Positions 20,216 through 32,864 are shown, counted from the first letter of the stretch. The stretch is 64,000 nt of DNA from Vitrella brassicaformis CCMP3155 (GCA_001179505.1 CDMY01001019.1:1-64000); one strand, 5' to 3'. Numbers and translations are program-made. Notes: generated by a model not told the origin, from the sequence alone.

Positions 20216-20857
20216 CCTTGGAGAATGGGAGATGAGGGACACGCGTTGCGAGCCGAGCTTGCCGATCGTGCCGTTGCAGCATTCCGCTGCAAACAGTCAT
20301 CGACAAGCGTGGTTTCGCGGCTGCATGCGTCCGCCCCATTGCAGGTTGCCGGAGATGTTCGTTTCACGGAGATCAATAATTTGGCGCTGCCGTGAGCTGA
20401 AGATGCCTGCAGCCTTCATCCCATCCTCATCGGTAAGGCCACACGATAGATATCCCAATGAAGAATGCATGAGCCAGTGGCATCGCTGAGGCAGCCAGAG
20501 AGAGATCACACAGGCAGGCAGCCAGGAGGCAATACAGCAGCGACAAACACACATGGCTCACCCCCCTGGATGGATGCGTGTCACTCCTCTGTCAGGTTTG
20601 ACGAGAGGCTTAGGCTGTACAGACGGCTGGCGGCAGCGCTGACGCCATCGGGCCTCTTCTCTTGACGATATGTCATTTGCAGCTGCGTGGAGGCTGCCGA
20701 CAATCACCTGACGAGTGAGAAACGAAGAACACAGACACACACAGGATGGATCGATGGATGGATGGATGGTCGCTTCTTCTGCTCTGCAGGCACGATTAGC
20801 CCGACTGAGGAAGAGTGCAAGAACTTAATTGTACAGGTGGTTGATCGTGTCATCCCG

Positions 20858-21660
20858 ATGGATCTAGAGAGCGCTGGCGGCCCGGCCTCACCCACAGGTG
20901 ACAACACATGCACCTGTAAAGCACCTCTGTCATGGCGGCCGGTGCTGGCGTGTCTGATGATCTGCTGCAGAGGGGCGGGGTGGACGGCAGGATCGCGATG
21001 ATAGCTTGAGTGATGTCATAGATAAGATCCATTCGGTTGGAGAAGGAGAGGGTCACGGAGGGCGACTGACTCGCTGCCCCACATGCTGCAGTATTTGGTT
21101 GCTCTGCTGTGTGCAGGTGGCCTCTCAGATCGCCTCGACCGCGGAGGCGGCCAAGCTCAAGATACCAGATGCCCATAAGACTGTACAGGTCAGTCAGCAC
21201 AACCACACGAATGCAGCCATACGGCGACAGTCAGCTGTGTGTGCTGTTTGCAGGCCTGTGCATCGCTGGCCGGCCGTTTGTCTGGTGTGGTGGAGACCCT
21301 CACCGACGCGCACTCGACGCTCAGCAATGAACTCGCCCAGATCCCCCCCAACACCCAAAACAACGAGGTGCGGACGGACTGACGAATAGAAGGCGCACCA
21401 GAGCCAACATCTCTCCGTGTGTCTGTGCGTGTGTCCATCATCAGCGCACAGACGGTGACGGCAGGTTGGTTCGGTGGCTGTACAACATCCACGATGAGGC
21501 CAGCAAGGCAGCGTACCTCAGCAAAGCGGTATACACACACATGAATGCAATTCAAGTACTGATGGACCGCCTCACGTGGTCATTCAGGTGTCTGCTGGTG
21601 ACGGGAAGGGCTCACAAGTGGGAGCCAGCCCGGCTGCCGCTGCCGCCGCGAGTAGTGGAG
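20858..21660 (+). pseudogene. Family B header-module gene, copy 1, truncated at a rearrangement junction
   Basis: Exons MDLESAGGPASPT / ...DSLSDVIDKIHS / VASQIASTAEAAKL... / ...VETLTDAHSTLSNELA / VSAGDGK match the exon series of the genes at 26.2-27.0 kb and 32.0-32.9 kb. Confidence 0.6.
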
Positions 21661-21835
21661 GTGCCACCTGCAAGCCAAAACCAACACATTCGCCTCATTC
21701 CTGCTGCTGCATGTGTGGAGGATTCTCGGAGGATTCTTCTTTTCTGCCGTCTTACCGAACGCATCGAAAGTATCTGCTGCAGAAGGTCACGAGAGCTCCC
21801 ACGGCCATCATCTGCACTCTGCCCATCCATCTGTC
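21661..21835 (-). pseudogene. Opposite-strand 5' fragment of a family B gene (DGQSADDGRGSSRDLLQQILSMRS exon + intron)
   Basis: Near-identical to 32589-32725 and similar to 26747-26880. Confidence 0.75.
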
Positions 21836-22726
21836 CCACTCTGATGTGAGCGTCTGTGTGGGCGCCGAGCAATCGCACAAGCGCTGGACAGCATTTGATG
21901 CGTTCAATCAGCGATGTGGACAGCTGAGACCCGGTTAGTGGGTGAGTGACAGCAGAACACAAAACGACACTCTTGCCCATCAATTCGCCTCATTTGTTTG
22001 TCTGTGTGTGTGTGTGTGTGTGTTTGTGTTTTTGTGCTGCACACGTGTGTGTCAGTCAGATTGGTTCCGCTCTGCCTGCTGGGCACTGGCCACATCGCGT
22101 GGCGAGGTGGACAGACATTGCCAATTAAGGTAAGGTGCCTGGCTGGCTGGCTGGCTCGCTGATGGATGGATGGACAGATGGATGGATGGCACCGAGCGAC
22201 TGACAACCCACCCGCTGGCAGTACGTCGTATCAAATGCACGCAGGGAGGGAGGGAGGGAGGAAGGGAGGCCTGTTCGCCGCTTCTATCCCTTTCCTTTCA
22301 GGTTGACGCGCCTGTCTGTCTGTCTGTCTGTCTGTCTGTGGCGGCGGCGAGTGAGCGGCGAGGTGACTTATTCATCCAGACAGCGCAGCAAAGCTGAGTG
22401 ACAGCGAGGAGTCTGCGCATACAGTGTCGTGGATCCAATCCAGGCAGGGCTGCCGGTGCGGCGTCAGAGAGAGGCCATCGAGGCACAAACAAAACGACGC
22501 CAGACGAAACGAGGAGGCGGAGGCGCACAGACAGTTGAGGTACGCCCACCACCTGCCACAGAGGGGACAATCGCCTTCGCCTGCATCGATCTGCATCTCT
22601 TGCTTTCATCAGAATTGCCGCACAGTGGCGATCCCACCGCCAGTCCCCCTCGTCCAGCGGCAGTTCGTCGTCCAGAGACACACACGCAGACGGGCACACA
22701 CTCGTTTGGATCAATCGATGCTCAGG

Positions 22727-23130
22727 TGTCTGTTAGTGACGGGAAGCGCGCACGCGTGGCCGCCAGCCCAGCTTCTAGGTACATATGACATCAACCTCCC
22801 TGAAAACGTGACGACGGCTGGTTGGTGTCGTTTTCAGGTGGTTCGACTGGCGCACGTGATGGTGCGGCAGTAGAACAACAGCGGAGGGGCAGCTCAATTG
22901 CGTCCCTGCCGTATTTCTCTGTGTCTATGTGCGTGCCAGGGGTATAGCCGTCTGTGTCTGCCGGCCTTGCCCGAAGGCGTCGCGGGCCACATGGGGCCGT
23001 TTGATTTGACCACCATGACGGCCGTTCGCCTGACGCGCGTCAACGAAGATCAGCAGGGAGCGCCAGCCCACCGACGAGACTTTGGCCTGTTCTGGCGCTT
23101 CGCTGTGACGCAAGACGCGCATGTGATGGA
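22727..23130 (+). pseudogene. Truncated family B/F-box-like fragment
   Basis: VSVSDGKRARV exon, then GYSRLCLPALPEGVAGHMGPFDLTTMTAVRLTRVNED...GLFWRFAV, homologous to GYGDPCLSGLPKEVFNHIGSF...GLFRHFTV at about 31.6-31.8 kb. No downstream LRR exons. Confidence 0.6.
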
Positions 23131-23597
23131 TGGATGGATGGATGGGCGGGCGGGTGTGTGCATGTCAGACAGACGCACCCACATCCATCGATGACCTCTC
23201 TCTCTGCCGCTTGTGTGTGTGTGTGTTTTTTTATGTGAACCGTATCAGTCATCACAGTGTAGTGCAGGACAAGTAGGTCTTCAATAGATAGGCTTTTGTG
23301 CATGCACTCAAAAATGCGTCTATGTGTGTACTCACTCGTCCGTCGCAATGCAGTGACGCTGCTGCCTCCTTTACTGAATCCACCCATCGCTTTGTGTCAT
23401 CGAAAACACACACAAAAGGTCGTCACCGAAAAACACACATCGAAGAAGGCCACATGGGGACAAAAAACTCAATCTAAGGGGAATCCAAGATACTCTGAAC
23501 ACCAGCGGACAAATTCAGTACCGAACCCCTCCACAGGGCACGGGTCTACATAACACAAAACAACCATCGTTTCCTTCGCCTGCCCCCCGCCTCCACA

Positions 23598-24730
23598 TCA
23601 CTGATTGCCTTTACTTACCGGCTTATCAGTGATCTCCTCCACCGCTCGGTCAGCAGGAAGCTCAAAGACGTACTCGTGGAACAGCAGCCGGTCCTCGATG
23701 TCTTCGCCTGTCTTCTTCTTGGGCCATTGCGGCTTGATCGAGCCGCCTTGTGGGATGGCCCACACGATGCGCCAGGTCTTCTCGCCATCCCCGATCGCTG
23801 GGCTTGTCCTCAAATTGTCGATCAACGTTTCGTTGAATCCGCGGGCTGAGTGCTCGCTGTCGACGGTGACTTGAATGAGGTAGATGACGTCTTCAGCGCT
23901 GTCGATGTACAGCGAGTCGATGACCGGCCAGTTCTTGGACTCGGGCACCCAGAAGCCAGGCTTGCGCACGTTGCCATAAGGCTTCTTCGGGAGTTTGCTG
24001 CGACGGAACAGACGGGGCTCACTGTCCTGCTGGGTGGTGTCCAGCGAGACCCGGATCACATCCGTCAGCGTGTCCTGCGGCGTCTGCATCCTTGACGCTC
24101 GAGAGTCCTTGCCCACACGTTCCATATGGTGGTCGAGGGGCTCCAGACTTATCGGGCGCCTGGTCACAGACAGAAACTCATGGACGAGGCCCTCAAGCAG
24201 CTCCACCTTCTGCCCGGCGATCTTTCTGGGGTCCATGATGATGTCGAGCTCATTTCTCAGCTGCTGCTTGCTCAGCTTGCGGACGAATCGGCCGAGGATA
24301 TAAGACGAGCGCCAGACGACCTTCCCAAAGGAGTAGGGGCCGCTGACCTTGGGATCGGGATCCAGGGACATAAGAAAGGTCTCAGGGACATCGTCAGGTT
24401 TGGCCTCTGGGGCTTCTCCGGTCCACAGTCGGACGACATCATACCGCAAGTTGTCAAGGGCGAGGTCCACATCCTTCTTGACCTCAGGCAGAGGTCTCAG
24501 GTAATCGCGGATGATGCCACCCGCATAGGGACGCTTGTCATCCAGCTGGTCGAGCCACTCAGTGCCCTCAAGGGCCTCAGAAACCTCCTCCTCAGTCCAG
24601 GTGGGCATGACCAGATTGAGTGTGAGCCTTTTCTTGAACTCGTTGTAGTTACCCTTGCGCGCCGATGCAGCCAGCACGACGCTGCCCGGCCACAACTTAG
24701 TCAGGGAACCTTCAAAGCCTGCACCACACA

Positions 24731-24766
<36 letters not shown>

Positions 24767-25428
24767 CTCACTCTCACACACGCAGGCGTGCAGTCCCGTT
24801 CCCTCCCGCCCTGAACTAACCGTCGATCAGCAGCCAGTTGCGTCGTAGTGAGTCCACGGGCTGCGTCTATAGCGACTGGAACAACGTCTCTAGCGGGTTG
24901 CGAATTCTCACAAAGCCGTCCTTCGACAGCTCATACACCTTCCGGTCGACATTCGATGACCTGAATGAAAACCAGGAGGAGCGAACAGGTCACATGATCA
25001 CGTCTGGCCGCCAGCAAGTCGTTGCTGACTTACCTATCGGAGTTGTCCACGAACCAGATCTTGAAGTTCTCGCCTCGGTGCATCTCGGCTTTCAGCACGG
25101 CCAAGAAGAAGAAAAGGAACCAAGTCAAGCCGACTCCCGATGAGCCACGCAGCAGAGCGCGAAAGTACCCCCGATTTGAGGACGTCTCCTTGTTCAAGTT
25201 CTTATGCCCGTCCATAATGATCTCGGCGATGTCAACATAGGCCTTGCGCACCAGCAACTTCAGACCCTCCGTGAGAGGTATCTTGATTGGTGTTGCCTTG
25301 AGGTGGATGGGATCCACTGACTCCCAGTATGGTTGCAGCTCGAGTGGCCCTAAGAAGATCGGGATCGGCGGCGGGTTGGCTGTCCGCGCTTTCACGGAGG
25401 CCTGAAAATCAGACAGACAGACAAACAA

Positions 25429-25466
<38 letters not shown>

Positions 25467-25697
25467 CCAATGAATGCACAAAAATGCACTCATCACGCCT
25501 GCCGGTCACGTACGTACCTCCTCCTCTGGCTCCTCTGCGTGAAGGGCAGTCGCCCTCTGCACGGGGCGATGAGTCGGGCGTTGCAGGCGAGCCGCCAGGG
25601 GGGCAAGAAACGTGAGACGAGCCGATTGGCGCACGCCAGCCACCCTATGAGCGAAGGCAAGGCACGCAGTCAGGAGAAGGGAAAGCGCAGATGCCAT
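23598..25697 (-). CDS. Crinkler/RHS (CR)-type protein: degenerate P-loop NTPase + restriction-endonuclease-fold domain, with signal/transit-like leader
   Basis: Walker A-like LLRGSSGVGLTWF, WLLIDG, VLAASARKGNYNEFKK, VMPTWTEEE, YAGGIIRD and C-terminal FWVPESKNWPVIDSL...IYLIQVTVDSEH, the motif series typical of CR NTPase-REase proteins. Leader MASALSLLLTACLAFA...TFLAPLAARLQRP...ATALHAEE. Confidence 0.8.
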
Positions 25698-26172
25698 AGC
25701 GGTGACCTGTGAATGAATGCAGAGAAAGCGCAAAACACGACGCAAGTGAGGTGTCATCCATCGACGCGCAGATCTCCTCACCATCATAGCCCCGGCAGCT
25801 CCGCCTCCGCGAGCTCAAAGCTCGCAGAGCGGAAGGAGAGGATTGAGCCGATGCCATTTGCGATTGGGTGTCAGGATGGTGAGCCGGCCAGCACTGCCGA
25901 TCATGCATTGCATCTCACAGACACGTCGAGCATCACGCACAGAACATCCACCAACGTCACACACATCACACCAGCCGTCCGCGGGTGGATCCATCACTAA
26001 AGGCACCCCTCCCTCCCTCCCTCCCTCCCTCCCTCCCTCCCGTCTGCTTGTCTATCAGCTCTCTGTCTACCCATCCATCCATCCATCTCACTGGATCAGT
26101 CAGTCAGCCCCTCCCTCCCTCCCTCCCTCCCTGACCACAGTGGTCACTTAGTCAGTGTGTGATATCAGGTAT

Positions 26173-27006
26173 TTATTGCTCCCCCATCATGCTGCCGCCA
26201 TCTGCGCCCTTCGCCGTCTGCTCGCGACGCCGCCTCACCGCCCGTCTGTCGTCGGCCGCCATGTCACCCTCTCCGCCATCGTCGCCAGCCGATGCCAATG
26301 ATGCGGCCGCCTTGCGCTTCTCGCCACGATTGCCATCACCACAACCACCATCACCAGCACCAACAGCAGCAGCTGAGGCGGCCGCAGCGGGGGCGGCAGA
26401 AGATGACGACACGCCAGCAGACACCAAAGGGACACTAATAGGCACCTGAACACATAAAATGAATGGTCCACCTGAGTTTGTGTGTCGGCCTGTGTTATTG
26501 ATATGACATTGCAGCCTTTCCTGTGGGTCGTGGTCAGCGATCTCTGCCAGCTGCTTGGTGAGGGTCTCCAGGAGGGTAGACAGGCTGCCGGCCGACGCAC
26601 CATCCTGCAGGCAAAAGACGAACACACGAATGGCAAGAGAGTGCTGCTGCTCGGCTATGTTGTGTTTCGTGCGGACCAGTGTGCTGTCAGCTTGTGAGGC
26701 TATCGTGCGCTCTGCCCCGTCAAGATCAGACACCAACTGCGAGGCGACCTGCAAGCCAAAACCAACACACTCACATCTCTAATGCTGCGTGTGTTGAGCC
26801 CTCTTCTCTCCCGTCTTACCGAACGCATCGAACGTATCTTTTGCAGGAGATCACTAGATGAGCTACCGTCGCCACCCGCCCCGCCGCCCTGCCCACCTAA
26901 GTCACACAGCCAGGACACACAAGGCATGACACACGGGGGCTGTCCATCAGGCGCGGCGTGTTAGACCTGCAGCGGATGCCGGGCCGTCCCCGCTGTCTAT
27001 GTCCAT
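26173..27006 (-). CDS. Family B header-module protein, copy 2 (short, low-complexity C-terminus)
   Basis: Exons MDIDSGDGPASAA / GGQGGGAGGDGSSSSDLLQKIRSMRS / VASQLVSDLDGAERTIASQ / ...SLSTLLETLTKQLAEIAD / Ala-Gly-rich last exon. Confidence 0.65.
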
Positions 27007-27200
27007 CAAATCACCGCCTGTAGTGGTGGATGAGGAGGCGAAGGGCTATTCCGGTGCACTTATGTGCCGCGCGTTGTGTAAATGTGTGTGTGTACCATTG
27101 TGTTGCGAATGGTAGCCCATCGCCGGACCTGCAGCAGATGACGACGAGGCGGCAGCAGCAGGACCTACAGACAGCCACACAGGCCTTCACACCTACCAGT

Positions 27201-29059
27201 TTATTGCTCATCCGTATACCGCCCCTTCTTGTGCTTGCCTGTGGTCTGCTCGCCTCCCTGGCCACCACCACCAGCAGCTGGGGGGAGGGATACGTCCAGC
27301 TTGCTGCCGAATGCCACCACAGCGTCGTCCCCCATCACCTCCTGCACCACCGTCACTGTCTCGGGGAACCTGGCCGCACCCTCCCTGCCATCCACCGGAC
27401 GCTCCGTCGTCCAGAGGGAGGCGGTGGCATGGTCGGGGCTGCTGTAGATGAAGATGTGTGCCTCGAATGTCTGTCCCGGCTGGTCGCCGTGCAGCACTAT
27501 CAAGCAGAAGAAGGATCCTGCTACTGCCCAGTGTCTGGTGCTGATGGTGCGGCAGCCCCAGATGGGCGGCGGCTGAGTGGCGAGCTGCCGCTGAAGAGAA
27601 AGGCAGATATGACACTGGGTGAGTGGGGCAGCGGGTGAAGTGCTTTGTGTGTGTGTGTGTGTGGGAGGGTGTGTGGCTGACCAGTCGGTTGAACCGTGGG
27701 GCATCGTTGAACTGGTAGACGAGCTGGGCCGCGACCTTCGACCCTCCCTCACGCATCCTGACCGATCAGACACATCACGGCAGAGCGGTGCAGCCAATGT
27801 GTTTGTATGTTCGTGTGTATCATTCTGCTCATCCCTCCCTCTCACTCATCCAACACAGCGTCGCGAACTGAAGCAAACTCAGAAGCTGCAAACACACGCA
27901 CATTCACACGCAACCAAATGGTCCCCTTCCACAGCTATCCCCCCCTTTGCTCACCTCCAATCCGACAGACGGGATTCTTCGGGTCGAATCCATTGCGGAA
28001 GGGATGGTTCGCCGGCAGCGTGTGCGGTGGCCGGATGGTCAGCCGAGACCCGCCCAGGCACTCCTCGCCATCATCGTCGCGCTCGAGCGTCGTGTCGAGG
28101 TGGCGGCCGATGAGTGAGAGCTGCCGCAGCGCCTCACACCGCCCGTCGAACACCGCCCGGCTGCCCACCCCCTCCACATCAGCACTGCCCAGCTCTATCG
28201 GCAACTGCCCGCCTCCCCGCCCCTGATGCACAGCCACCCTGATGATGGGCTCCCACGCCGCCCACTCGCCGCTGTGCTGGATGATGCACAGGAGCTGCAG
28301 CAGATGGCCGACGGATGGCAGGTCATAGCTGAGGATGTCCTTGAGGCCCTTGTCGACGAGCTGTGCATCGATCTGCTTCTTGACATAGGCCTCCGACACA
28401 CGCTGACTGCCGAGTGTGCAGGTGCGGCGGAGGCGGGCGAGCCATCGGGGCCGAGCAGGGCGAAGACGACGTCACGCTCGACGTCCGGTGACAGGTCAAA
28501 CAGGCCAATGTGCTGGCCGGCCTGAGGGGAAAGGCGGCAGAATGAGAGATATGCGTGGCTGTCTGTGTGGCTGTTTGTGTGCGTGTGTACCGTGTTGCCG
28601 TCGGACTCATGCCGGGGCCTCCTCTCAACTAATATGAAGCCATCATGCACCTGCACACACACACACACACACACAAAAGGTGGATCCCTCAGCAGTCACC
28701 AGACCAATGGGCACATGAGAATGCCTACCTGTTGTCTGTGCGGCGATGTGTTGGCCTCGCGCGGCACCACGACGACGAAATTCTCTCGCCCTTCTACTTC
28801 CCTCATCGACACTCTCGTGCCTCCGCCGGTCTCCTCAGTGCGATAGACGTCGGCCTTGACCCACTCCTGCTCGCCCTTCTCTCGATTGGCCGTCATCATC
28901 CACACACGAGTGCCGGTCTTGTAGCGCTCGCGGGACGACGGCGGCATCTGATGGATGGATGGATGGATGAACCAAATGATTGAGTGAATGAGCTACACGT
29001 ACCTGTGGCTGCGGGAGGTCTGCAGCAGCTGCAGATGAAGATGAGGCTGCAGCTGCCAT
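27201..29059 (-). pseudogene. Family A copy 2 with SH3-like and F-box-like N-terminal modules; 1-nt frameshift
   Basis: LFDLSPDVERDVVFALLGPDG then shifts frame near 28445 relative to copy 3 (ggc tcg ccc gcc vs ggc ctc gtc ctt ctc cgc cgc acc tgc). Downstream core is intact. Confidence 0.7.
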
Positions 29060-29501
29060 GGCGCCGCACAGTGACTGGCCAAACACAGACGCCTGCAAAC
29101 AAGAGTGCAGAGGCACAGAATGCGAATCCCATCCCTCCAGCTGGCCATTCCTCTCATCTTTCAACGCTCACCGATTCACAGATGTGAGTACGGCCTCTCA
29201 GTGAAGGCTTCTCATCGTCGCAAAGCATTCCGTGAGCGCCCTATTTCTTCCTGCAAGCTCACAGCTCGCCCAGAGAAGAAAAAGACGAACCAATGCTGTT
29301 TGCGGTGGATTTGAGGAGTGGTGAGTAGGTGTGTGCGTGGCGAAACAACCGAGTGATGTGAATCGCTGTCCGTTTTTCTTCGCTCCACTCTGTGCATGCG
29401 ATATGGCTGGGTGCATTGCTGATGGATGCTGTAGCGTTCAAGGCCTAAGCAAGCCAGAATCCATGATGCACATCCAACCGTCCATGCCCACAACATTCTG
29501 C

Positions 29502-32500
29502 TCACTCGTGTCCTTGCCTTCTGCCCGCCCGCCCGGCGCCCTCACCCCACCGACTACTGACACACCAATGAGTGGATGGACGCACTCTCTGGCTGGTCGG
29601 TCGGAAGAGGCAAGGTGGCGAGGAATGAATCGCAAGACAGCAGGCAACAGCAGACAGGCTGGTAGAGTCGTGTGTGTGGTCATGGGCAGAACAGCTGACA
29701 AGAGTGTGGACAGATAGAAAGGGCACGCACCCCAGCCTCACGAGCATCCATCCATCCACCAAGACGGCAATCCCTCCCAGCCCCCCTGTCACCTGTGCAT
29801 GCACCTCAATCGAGCATTGTGAGGAAATATCCCTCCCAATGCTCTGCTTGAGAGTGTACAACGCTGCGAGCTGTCTGTCGCGCTCACCCGCAAACAAGCG
29901 GGGGTCGGCCAGCTTATCGGTCTCGCTCTGTCCCTCCAGCTCACTCTCAGACAGCTGTGTCAGCAGCTCGACACGTGCTGGTCGCAGGGCTGAGGCTAGC
30001 TTCATGAAGTCAGCCACGCCTGCCTTACAGGACAAGTCACGACAAACCAGGCGGTATATGGGAGGGCAGCCGACACCCCGTGTGGCAGAGGTGTCTGTCG
30101 GCCAGTCCAACACGACCTCATCTAGCTCATCTACAGGGCGGCAGCGAAGCCAGACGCATCAACGAGCTCGACGCGCTTGACTGTCGTCAGGCCGCCCAAA
30201 AACGAGCCTAGCTTGCTGCAAGCGGCACGCACGTCAGCCAAGGACAAAGAGAGCGAGCACACCGTCAATTTCTTGACAGCCGGGAAATGTCGGCTGCTCG
30301 CCCCTGCCCCTCTCCCTCCCTCTCGGTCAGCCACTCAGGGATACTGTCGACCACCTCTGATACACTCGCGCCCGCCTTAATGTCGATGGTGAGTGTGCGG
30401 GCGTTGCTGAAGATGAGCTTGTCACGCCACGACTCGTGCAGCGCTGTGCCACCGAGCATCAACTTGATCTGACATAAAAAGCAGACATACACCCACTGAT
30501 GCCTCCACACATTCATGGTGCCCTCTCTGATGATCTCTCTCCCGTTGTCTGTGCCTCCCTCACCTCGGTCGCATTGGCCGCCAGCCGCGTGGCGATCTCT
30601 CCGTAGAGGCCGCCGGGCGCAGGAGGGGCAGTGGCAGCCATCGTGCTGCAGTCGATGAGCAGCGGCCTGCGGGCTGGCCACCAGTCGAGCCGGCACTTGA
30701 CGTCTGCGGCCCACGCGCGGATACCCGAGATGTCAAGTTGCGAGATGTCGAACGTTCCCTGCTGGCCGTAGCCCCGTCGATGGTGGCATTCTCCACCACA
30801 AATCCCAGCTTCTTCGGCACCTCTGCAACGGGTAAAACAGACAGACAGATGCAAGTCATCCGCCCCCTGAATGAATGAAGTGCTCGTGTGCCTGTGTCAG
30901 TCACCTTTCTTCTCCGGTGTGCCCCAGTGTCGGTTGAGGGCGGCTTTGAGCTGATTGAGGCGGCCCGTGACGTTGTTGCGGTGGATGGGGATCACCAGGC
31001 CAGTGATGGTGTTGAGGTTGGGGCAGCGGCCGAGGGCAGCGAGGAAGTCTGCCCAATGGTCGTCGTCGAGTTCGATGCGGTGGTCGCCCTCCAGGTGCTC
31101 GATCCCGGGTGACCCGTTGAGGAGAGACTCGAAGGCCGCCTGGGAGGCTAACCCTCTGTGGAAGCCAACGTCGAAGACGTCCTCGCTCACTCGGAGGGTG
31201 TTAAGGGCCGGGAAGCTCCACCGGTGTCTTCTGCAGATGCATCAACACATGGCATGTCGACCACTGACATGACTGGATGTAGCCATCAACTGTCACACAC
31301 TTGCCTTTGGACATACCTGATGTGCCTGATGGTGGAATCCTTTTGGACATGGAGGCATGTCACTCCGGGGAACACCATATCGTTGACGACATAGATGCAA
31401 AATGAGCAGCGACGTCCAGTGTGAGCTCCTCGAGTGTCGTCCTGAATGACAAGCACTTCGACAACACGACCAGCGAGCCCACGTCCGATGCCCGCACAGA
31501 CGCACTCTTGACTTTCCCCTGCACACACACACACACACACACACATCCCACCATGTATTTCATCCATGTGCCCACGCCCCCCCTCTCTCTCACCATGTGC
31601 TGCATCTCCGTCTTCACGTCCCGTATCTTGCTGTAGCTATCCTGTTCGTCTTCCATCACAGTAAAGTGGCGGAAGAGGCCCCACGTCTCGTCGGTGGCCG
31701 TCGTGAGGATGTCCCTGTTGACCTTGGCCAGGCGGGCTGACGTCTTGGTGGTGACGAAGGAGCCAATGTGGTTGAACACCTCCTTTGGCAGGCCCGACAG
31801 ACACGGATCGCCGTAACCCGGCTGATACACACCAATAACCATCGCAAGCGGCAAGTGTGTGCAGAGATGGCCATATCTCTTGTGTGTGTATGCGTCACCT
31901 CTGAGTCGGCGCCACAGACATCCACCGATCCACCTGGAAAGGCACAACACCACACAACGGAACAGGGTACAGAACGGTCACGACGATGCGCACGATGCAT
32001 TCTCTGCGTGGGTATGCGTGTTTGGTTGGTGTGTACCTCCAGCAGCCGGCGCTTCGATAGCTACACGTCTACGCTTGCCCTCGTCACCGCCAGCAGACAC
32101 CTGCACGGACACAACGCAGGCAGCAAAGATGCCATCGCGATGAGCTGGTCCATCTGAGTGTGCATGTTTGCATGTGCGTACCGCCATGGATCGGTGTGGT
32201 CGGTGGTGGTCTTATTCGACGTCACAGCACCGCCCGCCGCCTCGCTGTCGTAGGCATTGCCATCCCATCGGAACGCCTTGCCGCCAATGCGCTGACACAC
32301 ACACACAGAGGAGAGTGATCGGCAAGTGTGAGCCATTCATTCAGCAGTGATCCCACCCTTACCGCCAGGTTTTTGGTGAGGGCCGAGTGGGCGTCGATGA
32401 GAGTGTTCCGGATGGCTGCCAGACTGTCGGCGATCGACACACCATCCTGCACCGACAGCAACACGAAGAACAACCGAGTGCTGCTGTTCGGCCCGCTGTT

Positions 32501-32864
32501 TCGCATTTCACGGACCTGTGTATCGCTGTCGGTTTGTAAGGATATCATGCGCTCTGCCCCGTCAAGATCAGACACAAACCGAGAGGCGACCTGCAAGCCA
32601 ATACCAACACACTCACACCACTCCTGCTGCTGCATGTGTGGAGGATCCCGTCTGACCGAACGCATCGAAAGTATCTCCTGCAGAAGATTACGAGATCTCC
32701 CACGGCCATCATCTGCACTCTGCCCACCTGCGGCACACAGTCAGCACACACACAGGGCAAGAAACATCGGGGCTGTCCATCAGGTGCGTTTGTGGCGGTG
32801 GTGAGGTGACGTGACCTGCAGATCTAGAGGCAGCCAGGCCGTCCTCTTCGTCCATCTCCATCAT
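29502..32864 (-). pseudogene. Family B header + F-box-like + LRR/RNI-like gene with apparent frameshifts (3' end uncertain)
   Basis: Header exons as above, then CLSGLPKEVFNHIGSFVTTKTSARLAKVNRDI (F-box-like) and LRR-like segments (LEELTLD, FPALNTLRV, CPNLNTITGL, FPAVKKLTV). Protein-like frame switches near 30775, 30300 and 30160. Confidence 0.65.

Noticed and set aside
24867-24869. Calling the CR gene a pseudogene because of the in-frame TAG
   Set aside because: A GTGAGA...TAG 45-nt intron removes it in frame; kept as a finding instead.
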